Virus record (IMG/VR): IMGVR_UViG_3300042868_008486
Coordinates: 1 to 44,809 of that record
DNA length: 44,809 bases
Origin: a virus
Lineage: Duplodnaviria; Heunggongvirae; Uroviricota; Caudoviricetes
Strand: one strand, 5' to 3'
Position numbers and translations under genes: made by a program. Each line of letters opens with the position of its first letter. Within the stretch, counting starts at the first letter, position 1. The notes under the pieces were generated by a model, which saw nothing but the letters and a program-made list of their open reading frames with translations, searched no databases and had not been told where the DNA came from. Below are positions 37,157 through 44,809 of the stretch, piece by piece.

Positions 37157-37828
37157 ATGATGAAAGAACGAATAGCTGGAATAGCGTCATTACCTGACAG
37201 AGTTGATTGTTTAGAAGATACTGTCAATAGTTTATATGACCAAGTTGATAGGATTGTTGTTGGATTGAATAATTATACTGAAATTCCTGAATTTTTAAAA
37301 ATGAAGAAGATTGATGCTTATTTACTTGACAATAGTTTAGGTGATGCTGCAAAATTTTATAAAATTGACGATTTCCCAAATCATTATTATTTTTCTTGTG
37401 ATGATGATATTATATATCCAAATAACTATTGTGATGTCTTAATTGAAAAATGTGAAAAATATAAATCAATTGTTGGGTTACACGGGGTTATTTTAAGAAA
37501 ACCTGTTACAAGTTATTATAAAAACAGAACCGTTTATCATTGTCTAAAACCATTAAATCGAGATATTGAAGTTGATTTACTTGGTAGTGGTGCTTGTTTA
37601 ATTGACACCTCAATGCTGAAAATAAGTATCAATGATTTTCCAATTCCAAATATGGGTGATATTTGGTTAGGGGATTTATGTAAAAAACAGAATATAACAT
37701 CATATACCATTGAAAGAGGTGATAATTGGTTATTATATAATGAAAAAATGAATAATAAATGGACAATATTTGACGATTTTAAATCGAAAAAAGATATTGA
37801 ACAAACCAAAATAGTTTCAAAATGGTAA
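37157..37828 (+). CDS. GT-A fold glycosyltransferase
   Basis: GDAAKF, CDDDIIYP, GSG. Confidence 0.75.
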   Translation: MMKERIAGIASLPDRVDCLEDTVNSLYDQVDRIVVGLNNYTEIPEFLKMKKIDAYLLDNSLGDAAKFYKIDDFPNHYYFSCDDDIIYPNNYCDVLIEKCEKYKSIVGLHGVILRKPVTSYYKNRTVYHCLKPLNRDIEVDLLGSGACLIDTSMLKISINDFPIPNMGDIWLGDLCKKQNITSYTIERGDNWLLYNEKMNNKWTIFDDFKSKKDIEQTKIVSKW

Positions 37829-38511
37829 AGACAACAATTAAATACAATAATACTAATATCATATTTGAAGGATTATTTGATAGTGACCATATCTATCGAC
37901 ACTTAAACATAACTAATAATTTTTACGAATTAAAATTATTGGAGAAAATTAAATCTTTAAACCTTAAAGGGACTTATGTTGATGTTGGAGCAAATATAGG
38001 TAATCACACCCTATTTTTTTCTAAGTTTTGCCCATCTGACAAAGTAGTTTCAATTGAGTTATCTCAAAACATTTTTAACACATTAAAACGAAACGTCACT
38101 GAAAATAACAATCTTCAAAATGTTGAGGTGATTAATGTTGGTGTCGGTGAAAAATATAAAACAGTAACAATTTCAGATATGGATGTTACTAATGTTGGTA
38201 TGACAAAAATAACCGGTGATGGGGGTGACATAATTGTTGACACGCTTGACAATCTATTACAAAATGAATCTAACATTTCAATAATTAAATTAGATGTTGA
38301 GGGTTATGAAAAAAACGCATTAATAGGTGCTAAAGAAATAATTAAAAAACATTCCCCAATAATAATCGCCGAACTTAAAGACGATAAGGAATTTAACGAG
38401 TTTAAAGAAATTGCTGATGAAATAGGGTATGAGACCGATAAAGTCAATTACGCATCAACCCCAACTTATATTTGGGTTAAAAAAAAAAAGATTATAAATT
38501 CGTTTATATAA
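37822..38511 (+). CDS. FkbM family methyltransferase
   Basis: DVGANIGNHT, TLD, IKLDVEGYE. Confidence 0.88.
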   Translation: MVKTTIKYNNTNIIFEGLFDSDHIYRHLNITNNFYELKLLEKIKSLNLKGTYVDVGANIGNHTLFFSKFCPSDKVVSIELSQNIFNTLKRNVTENNNLQNVEVINVGVGEKYKTVTISDMDVTNVGMTKITGDGGDIIVDTLDNLLQNESNISIIKLDVEGYEKNALIGAKEIIKKHSPIIIAELKDDKEFNEFKEIADEIGYETDKVNYASTPTYIWVKKKKIINSFI

Positions 38512-39719
38512 TACCATCATACGAAAGGTATGTTAAAGTTAAAAATCTAATTGACGGTATTTTATCCCAAACTGAGGATTGTTTAATAATTTTATTAGAC
38601 GATGGGTCCAAAGATGTTAGATACAATGAATTTAAAACCTACAATAATTTAGTTTATCTAAAAAATCCAACTAACAACGGTAAAGATAATTTTTGGAAAA
38701 CTGTAAATAAGTTGTTGGATGAAATGTCCAAATACACATTTAAATATGGTGTAATGACCGGTGATGATTTTGAATTGGTGGAGAATTATCAGTCAAGATT
38801 ATTAAGTTATATTAATGACTCTGATATTGTTAGGTTATTTACACAAACAAGTGTTACAACCACAAATTGGGGTTATGTGAATTGGATTGATGGGGCGTTT
38901 TGTGCACCTTACTCGTTCTTTAAACGAATTAACTTTGAGTTATTTCCAATCATAAAAAGACGTAATCAGATGTCGTCAGGTGTTGGACAACAAATGAGCC
39001 AACGACTAAATAGTTTAAAATTTAGTGTTAAAAATTATGGGTCATTAATTATTCATAATGGAAATGATGATTCAAAAATGCACCCAACTTTAAGAAAACG
39101 TCAACCATTAGAAACTGATTTGACCAACATAGAATTTGAAATTCAGAAATTAATGATAAGTACATCAGTTACCTCTGAAAATGTTGAGATACCCGTAACT
39201 AATGTAAATGTTAAAACATTATCCTCAGAAAACGTTTTAGATATTTTAAAATTAAAAAACCATATCCCTGATTCGATATTACTACAATTACCAATTATTA
39301 TTAATAGATTCAATTGTAATACAATTATACGATTATCACATTTATTATCTCAATGCCACTATAACACAAATGGTTTTAATAAAGAGGTGGTACGTGAAAA
39401 ACCTAACACCAAAATAATAAATAGAAAAACATTTAATCAAAAAGTATTTAACCACCTTCAAATATTGACTGAAAAAGATTATATTATATTTGGTAAAAAA
39501 ATTGGTAAAAATTTGGTTGATAACCCAAGTTTGGTAGAATTAAAATATTCGTTAGTTGCATCCGCTTATATTTTTGACGTTAAAAATTTATGGTCTATTT
39601 GTGATTTTGGAATTAATGAATTGGTTGTTGGGAAATTAACTAAACGTATATATGAGGATTCAAAAAGTGTATCAGATAGGTATATGTTATTTAAAAAATA
39701 TTATAACATCTTAAAATAA
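38490..39719 (+). CDS. GT2-like glycosyltransferase fused to inactive GH19 domain; -1 frame continuation of FkbM gene
   Basis: Frame open from the A11 tract: YIIPSYER...LLDDGS...GDDF; C-terminus paralogous to 36327-37130. Confidence 0.7.
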   Translation, partial: DYKFVYIIPSYERYVKVKNLIDGILSQTEDCLIILLDDGSKDVRYNEFKTYNNLVYLKNPTNNGKDNFWKTVNKLLDEMSKYTFKYGVMTGDDFELVENYQSRLLSYINDSDIVRLFTQTSVTTTNWGYVNWIDGAFCAPYSFFKRINFELFPIIKRRNQMSSGVGQQMSQRLNSLKFSVKNYGSLIIHNGNDDSKMHPTLRKRQPLETDLTNIEFEIQKLMISTSVTSENVEIPVTNVNVKTLSSENVLDILKLKNHIPDSILLQLPIIINRFNCNTIIRLSHLLSQCHYNTNGFNKEVVREKPNTKIINRKTFNQKVFNHLQILTEKDYIIFGKKIGKNLVDNPSLVELKYSLVASAYIFDVKNLWSICDFGINELVVGKLTKRIYEDSKSVSDRYMLFKKYYNILK

Positions 39720-39749
39720 GAAAACCCCCAATCACTTGGGGGTTTTTTG
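39720..39749. terminator. bidirectional terminator
   Basis: AAAACCCCCAA-tcac-TTGGGGGTTTT. Confidence 0.8.
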
Positions 39750-39757
39750 ATTTAGGG

Positions 39758-40456
39758 TTAGAATGTAATCTCATTGGTAATTGGGTCCCATTCAAAGGTC
39801 CAAGGTGTTTGAGAGTATAAGTAACGCTCATTTAACAAGGACGCATTAAAGTAGTGAGTGTGTCCGTCGAAGTAGTGACCATAACCGGTGTGGATGTGAC
39901 CACAAACGTGGATTTTTGGTTTAATCAATTTAATTCTGTCCGCTAATAATTCACAACCTAAGTGTTCACCTCGGCGACCTTCAACATCATCAAGAAATCC
40001 GTAAGCCGGTCCGTGAGTTACCAAGATATCTGTAGTGTCAGGAATCGCATCCCATTTAGCAAATAATTCAGGACCTTTTTTAGGTAGATTAAAAGCCCAA
40101 TCATAAAACTCAGGTTGCCAAGGAGAACCATAGATGTTAACTAATGGACCATCACCATCTTGGATAGTGATTGTTTCGTCTTGGATGTAATCAATTGTTT
40201 TATAACCTGTTAAGTTACCCTTAACTTTTTCTGCGTTGTTTTGAAATCCCCAATCGTGATTACCGGCAATGTATATTTTGTGGGTATAATTAAGACCATC
40301 AAACCATTTTGCAAATTCAGTTATTTCGTGTTCATACCCCATTGAGGATATATCACCCGCGTGGATTAATAAATCACCACCAGGTAAATCACCCAATGAA
40401 TTATTGTGTACGTGTTTATGTTTGTTGTGCGTATCACTTATTAATGTTACTTTCAT
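39758..40456 (-). CDS. metallophosphoesterase (MPPED2-like)
   Basis: SDTH, HAGD, AGNHD, THGP, GHIH. Confidence 0.9.
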   Translation of the reverse strand: MKVTLISDTHNKHKHVHNNSLGDLPGGDLLIHAGDISSMGYEHEITEFAKWFDGLNYTHKIYIAGNHDWGFQNNAEKVKGNLTGYKTIDYIQDETITIQDGDGPLVNIYGSPWQPEFYDWAFNLPKKGPELFAKWDAIPDTTDILVTHGPAYGFLDDVEGRRGEHLGCELLADRIKLIKPKIHVCGHIHTGYGHYFDGHTHYFNASLLNERYLYSQTPWTFEWDPITNEITF

Positions 40457-40503
40457 ATCGTATAATTTTTTATAAAGTTAATCTTTTTATTTGAATTGCA
40501 AAA

Positions 40504-40674
40504 TTATCTTTCAATATTTGAAATTTCAGTGTTATCAATTCTCACAAAACTACATTCTGAAAAATCAACACCGTCACTCCAAAAACAATTCCCATCCCAA
40601 AAATAAATACCCCATTTGTCGATACTATCTTCTGTCTTATGATTAAGTCCCCAATAATATCCAATTTCTCTCAT
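40504..40674 (-). CDS. small Trp-rich hypothetical protein (56 aa)
   Basis: Read manually, MREIGYYWGL. Confidence 0.5.
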   Translation of the reverse strand: MREIGYYWGLNHKTEDSIDKWGIYFWDGNCFWSDGVDFSECSFVRIDNTEISNIER

Positions 40675-40685
40675 TTTGTTTGTTT

Positions 40686-41174
40686 TTATAAATTATCAAG
40701 TGGGGATATCATATCCTTATCTTCTAAAAATAATTTATCATTCTCAGTTAATGAATCCTTTCCGTATTTTAATATTTTATCCAAAAGGATGTCTTTAGTT
40801 AAATACTCTTTTCTAAAATTAAAAAAGTCATAATTCATTTCAAATTGAAAAAACCCAAAGACTGACGTGTCAAACGTGTTCAACAAAACGTCTTCAGTTA
40901 TATCGTCAATTGTTGTGTAACCTTCCATATCATTATGGATTTGATTATCGTATTTTCTTACCTCATCAATTTCTTTCTCACTACAAAACAGAATATTGTA
41001 CTCAAGTTCACCCTCTCTCCAATGACATACTTTACCATCATATTTAAAAGTATACATTTCAATCCTCCCCAACAAGTCAATAATCATTTTTAATTCATAC
41101 TCACTAAATTGTTTCATACCGGTTTCACTTTGTTCTTGTGTGAAACTTGAAATTATTCTATATATTTTCGACAT
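40686..41174 (-). CDS. hypothetical protein
   Basis: 162-aa ORF in operon. Confidence 0.7.
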   Translation of the reverse strand: MSKIYRIISSFTQEQSETGMKQFSEYELKMIIDLLGRIEMYTFKYDGKVCHWREGELEYNILFCSEKEIDEVRKYDNQIHNDMEGYTTIDDITEDVLLNTFDTSVFGFFQFEMNYDFFNFRKEYLTKDILLDKILKYGKDSLTENDKLFLEDKDMISPLDNL

Positions 41175-41361
41175 TATTTTTTGTTAAATGTATGATTAAA
41201 TCATCAATTGACAAATCGTCTTTAATTTTGCCAAGATTGTAAGTAGTAAAAGTCTTATCAGGGTTAGATACTTTTACCATAACATAATCTAACTCTGATA
41301 CATACAATTTTTCAATAACCCCCTTACCTTTGGGGGTATTTATCTCAATTAGTCCCACCAT
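41158..41361 (-). CDS. hypothetical protein
   Basis: 67-aa ORF in operon. Confidence 0.55.
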   Translation of the reverse strand: MVGLIEINTPKGKGVIEKLYVSELDYVMVKVSNPDKTFTTYNLGKIKDDLSIDDLIIHLTKNNVENI

Positions 41362-41960
41362 CCTTCAACACGATTTGACATTATTTTAAAAACTAATTTA
41401 CGACATCTATCTTGATTTTCGTGAGCAATTTCCATTGCAATTAGTTTTTTATCTTTTTCTTCTACAGGTCGACTGAATCGGTTAACCTCACCTGACATCA
41501 CACGTTTGTATTGACGTGGGTATTTTTTGAAATACTCGTCAAAATTTTCACTAATTTCTTCAATCTCCAATCTTTTAGAATCTCGGTATTTCTCAGGGAT
41601 ATCATCTTTATCTGTAATATCTAACCAAAGAATGTTAGATTCGTGATAATCCATATATTCCATATCGTAGTGGTCATCTTGACAACGTTGGATTAAACGT
41701 GAAGTCAATCTCATTAATTCAGCATCACGTTTAGCTCTAGTATGTCTATCTTTTCCACCGATATAATCGGCTTGGTTATTCAATTTAACTCTAATAACTT
41801 CATAAATGAAAAATGAATCCCAATCACGGTCTTTCCATATTACAGGAAACCATTTCCATAGGTTTTTAATGCCTTCAATGAAATCTTTGTGGTAATATCT
41901 ACCATCAAATTTCCACCATAATCTTATTTTTTCAAATACTGTTATTTTTTCATTTTCCAT
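41349..41960 (-). CDS. hypothetical phage protein
   Basis: 203 aa; WFPVIWKDRDWD...WWD. Confidence 0.75.
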   Translation of the reverse strand: MENEKITVFEKIRLWWKFDGRYYHKDFIEGIKNLWKWFPVIWKDRDWDSFFIYEVIRVKLNNQADYIGGKDRHTRAKRDAELMRLTSRLIQRCQDDHYDMEYMDYHESNILWLDITDKDDIPEKYRDSKRLEIEEISENFDEYFKKYPRQYKRVMSGEVNRFSRPVEEKDKKLIAMEIAHENQDRCRKLVFKIMSNRVEGWWD

Positions 41961-42135
41961 CTTTCAATACTTTTTTAGTTGAGTCATATCTTTCATAAAA
42001 CATACTCTTAGGTGTCCAACTGTATCTATTAGTTTCAATACTTAATCTAAAAAATACTTCACCTTCAAGTTCAACATATTTGTCAACTTCACCCGTGATT
42101 GGGTCTATAATCAAATATTCGTTTATAATCTTCAT
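41950..42135 (-). CDS. hypothetical protein
   Basis: Start moved to MKIINEY, 4 nt after TATATTTG. Confidence 0.55.
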   Translation of the reverse strand: MKIINEYLIIDPITGEVDKYVELEGEVFFRLSIETNRYSWTPKSMFYERYDSTKKVLKDGK

Positions 42136-42248
42136 AGGACAAATATACGGACTTATTTCCAATAAAAAAAGGAGTAACGTTTAAATTACTCCTTTTAAAT
42201 ATATAGAGGCTCTCGTGATGAGAGTGATAGTAATAATAAATACCACTA

Positions 42249-42497
42249 TTATTTTAAAAAATCAACACTCCTGTTATTTTGTGAACGATTTTTTTTGATT
42301 TTGTTAGATTGGAACTTTTTAATTTTATTGAAAAGTACACCAATAGTGTAAATTCTTGACTCATCTAATTTACCTCCCCACTTAACCATTAGTTTTTTGA
42401 ATAGGTTATCCGCAACCGATATTTGGTCTAAAGTCACACAAGATGTTAATACATCTATAACCCAATTGAATTCTACTTGAAATTGTGTCTTTTCCAT
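42249..42497 (-). CDS. hypothetical protein
   Basis: 82-aa ORF. Confidence 0.6.
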   Translation of the reverse strand: MEKTQFQVEFNWVIDVLTSCVTLDQISVADNLFKKLMVKWGGKLDESRIYTIGVLFNKIKKFQSNKIKKNRSQNNRSVDFLK

Positions 42498-42532
42498 ATC
42501 GTTTAGTTTTAAAGTTTAATCAAAGATAGTGA

Positions 42533-42865
42533 TTAAAAGTCTGAAGTTAAAATTAAATCTACGAATTTTTTAATAGTTCTTCTTTTTAATGAAACATCAA
42601 CACCGGGGAACACATCATCAATTTCGTTAAATAAACGGTTGACCAATGATTTTTTATTATCATCAACAGAGAGTAATTTATCATCAATTCGAATCATAAT
42701 TCTATTTTTCATAAAATCATCATTAAAGAAAGTGCTATTTCCAAATGGTTTTGATACAGGAAAATGTCTTTTAAGGAATGTTAGGATTTGTTTATCCGTA
42801 TTCTCTTCGTTATATTTTTTTAAAATCTCTTCTCTCTCAGATTCGGTTATTATTAATCGTCCCAT
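42533..42865 (-). CDS. hypothetical protein
   Basis: Starts MGRLIITESERE. Confidence 0.7.
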   Translation of the reverse strand: MGRLIITESEREEILKKYNEENTDKQILTFLKRHFPVSKPFGNSTFFNDDFMKNRIMIRIDDKLLSVDDNKKSLVNRLFNEIDDVFPGVDVSLKRRTIKKFVDLILTSDF

Positions 42866-42916
42866 AAACATAAATATTAAGGTTTAGTTCTTTTACAAAG
42901 ATACTTATTATTTAAT

Positions 42917-43195
42917 ATGTTTCTTGTAAAATATTTTGATTTACATTTTAATCGTTTATATAAAAACGAATTGGAACTACTCTATGGAGAAGGTGCAAAA
43001 ATTGTTGTGAATAATGTATCGTATTCAACTAACAATAAATCGTATGTTGTTGATGTTAAATTAATACTTGGTGACACAACGTATGATGATATGACGGACC
43101 TATATAGTGATGGGTTAAATTATTTAGTTACAGAATCTTGGAAAGGTTCCGGGTTTAAAACAAAAATATCTTTAATTTATTCCGTAGACATTTGA
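42917..43195 (+). CDS. hypothetical protein
   Basis: 92-aa ORF. Confidence 0.6.
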   Translation: MFLVKYFDLHFNRLYKNELELLYGEGAKIVVNNVSYSTNNKSYVVDVKLILGDTTYDDMTDLYSDGLNYLVTESWKGSGFKTKISLIYSVDI

Positions 43196-43238
43196 TTATT
43201 CGAAAAACGTGCATTATACTTAATAAAAAAAACAAATT

Positions 43239-43673
43239 ATGAAGAAAATTGAAACAGGTGACACAATTAAAGTTCACTACACAGGAAAATTAGAAGATGG
43301 TACTGTTTTTGACACATCTTTGTCTGATGGACGTGAACCATTAGAGGTAAAATTAGGAGAATCACCACTTATCCAAGGATTTGTTGACGGATTACTTGAA
43401 ATGACAGTTGGTGAGAAGAAAACTGTTGAAATTGATGTTGAAAACGCTTATGGTCAAATTAATGAGAATTTGATTTCTGTTGTTCCTAAAGACCAAGTAC
43501 CTGAAGGGGTTCAAGTTGGTGAAGGATTACAAGCGATGACACCAAACGGAATGCCAATCAATGTATTAGTAACTGAAGTTAATGAAGAAACTATTACGGT
43601 TGATGCTAATCACCCATTGGCTGGTAAAAAATTAATATTTGACTTAGAAGTTGTTGAATTAGTTGAAGCTTAA
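43239..43673 (+). CDS. FKBP-type peptidyl-prolyl isomerase (SlyD/FkpB-like)
   Basis: VHYTGKLEDGTVFDTS, AYG, VDANHPLAGKKLIFD. Confidence 0.92.
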   Translation: MKKIETGDTIKVHYTGKLEDGTVFDTSLSDGREPLEVKLGESPLIQGFVDGLLEMTVGEKKTVEIDVENAYGQINENLISVVPKDQVPEGVQVGEGLQAMTPNGMPINVLVTEVNEETITVDANHPLAGKKLIFDLEVVELVEA

Positions 43674-43691
43674 TTAAAAAAAGAATATATC

Positions 43692-43720
43692 AAAACCCGG
43701 CAATAGTCGGGTTTTTTTAT
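43692..43720. terminator. bidirectional terminator
   Basis: AAAACCCGGC-aata-GTCGGGTTTT. Confidence 0.75.
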
Positions 43721-44103
43721 TCATACATATTTTCAACCAAGTCAGGATTTTTCTTTTCGAACACTTTGATTAGTTGACCGGCCAATGAATTGGCTTCGTC
43801 TTCATTCGGTCCCCCAATATCAGGTCCCATATCTCGTTTTAAAACGTTCATTTGGTATTCGTGAACCCATTCGTGTGCCAACGTCCTAAAGATGTCACGA
43901 GTCATTCTATTTTTACATAAAACATTAATCTGATTAGGTAATCGACTACCTGTTGTCATACCACCAACTCTTTCACCTAAAAAAGTGATTGTAATATCAT
44001 CCTTCAATGGTAGACAATGGTTTAATAACTTAATAAACTCATCATAAACTTTATAGTTGTCTTTATTTATATCTGATTTCTTATGTTCTATAGTAACTTT
44101 CAT
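43717..44103 (-). CDS. HExxH metallopeptidase-like protein
   Basis: RTLAHEWVHEYQ...EDEAN. Confidence 0.65.
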   Translation of the reverse strand: MKVTIEHKKSDINKDNYKVYDEFIKLLNHCLPLKDDITITFLGERVGGMTTGSRLPNQINVLCKNRMTRDIFRTLAHEWVHEYQMNVLKRDMGPDIGGPNEDEANSLAGQLIKVFEKKNPDLVENMYE

Positions 44104-44138
44104 ACCTATTAAATATTTATAATAAATACTTTTAAATT

Positions 44139-44809
44139 ATGAGTAAGAGATTAATAATTACTGAATCAGAAAAAAACGAAATAAAAGGTCTATATAATAT
44201 TAACGAACAGGATAAGCCAGGCTTTGGTGATGCGATAATGGCATTATTAAAAAAATCAGAAGATGAGTCTAATTCAGACGATAAAACTAAAACTGATGAT
44301 ACCAAATCAGATAATTCTGACGATTCATATTTAAATGATAAAACTTCAGGTTCTGTTGATTCTAAATGGATGAAAGTTACCAAAAAAGTAATTGATAAAT
44401 TTGAAGGTGGTTATTGGAATGGTTCAACATCAAAGAATAATCAAACAACTAAATTAGGTATTTGTAGTAATCATCCTGACGGAAGTATGGGTGCTTCAAC
44501 TGAAACTATGTTTGGGTTAGACAGATATAATGGTAGTATTGAAAAAACATCTGATGGTCAAGAATTTTTCAGACTTATTGATAAACAGAAGAAAGACCTT
44601 GGTATGGCCCAATTCTGTAAAAAATGGAAATGGAATTATAAAGGTGGTGAATTAGAAGATACGTTAAAAAATTTAGCGGCTAAAGTAATGAAACATAGTT
44701 ATGATAGAAATGCCGGTAATTACTTCTCACCTGAACTTAGAAAACGTGTTGAAAGTAATGATAGATTATTAATGCACTTCTCATATGCTAGTTGGAATGG
44801 ACCTGGTTT
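44139..44809 (+). CDS. partial gene, possible GH108-like lysozyme domain
   Basis: Starts MSKRLIITESEK; IDKFEGGY...ETMFGLD; open to window end. Confidence 0.55.
   Translation, partial: MSKRLIITESEKNEIKGLYNINEQDKPGFGDAIMALLKKSEDESNSDDKTKTDDTKSDNSDDSYLNDKTSGSVDSKWMKVTKKVIDKFEGGYWNGSTSKNNQTTKLGICSNHPDGSMGASTETMFGLDRYNGSIEKTSDGQEFFRLIDKQKKDLGMAQFCKKWKWNYKGGELEDTLKNLAAKVMKHSYDRNAGNYFSPELRKRVESNDRLLMHFSYASWNGPG

Overview
AT-rich segment of a large (jumbo-type) tailed phage, standard genetic code, most likely infecting Bacteroidota (TAnnTTTG -7 promoters, no Shine-Dalgarno sites, a T9SS-type cargo gene). Left to right: an rrn-style triple promoter plus boxA driving an RNA that runs off the left edge; three cell-wall peptidase genes; an RNA-repair cluster (two RNA ligases, phosphoesterase, cyclic-phosphate receiver domain, SLOG); a 6.5-kb minus-strand array of 26 tRNAs covering all 20 amino acids, interleaved with tRNA-like and other structured RNAs; then probable virion/late genes, a two-component system, a GH19 endolysin with glycan-modifying neighbours, and host-like accessory genes. 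Main finding: the tRNA array is split into two blocks with non-overlapping anticodon sets. Each block is preceded by a short leader ORF plus intrinsic terminator, and the leader contains an unbroken run of codons read by the tRNAs of its own block (every species represented, down to isoacceptor level), followed by a segment complementary to the terminator. This looks like ribosome-stalling attenuation that senses shortage of specific tRNAs and switches on the matching phage tRNAs. All calls were made by eye; no searches or folding were run.
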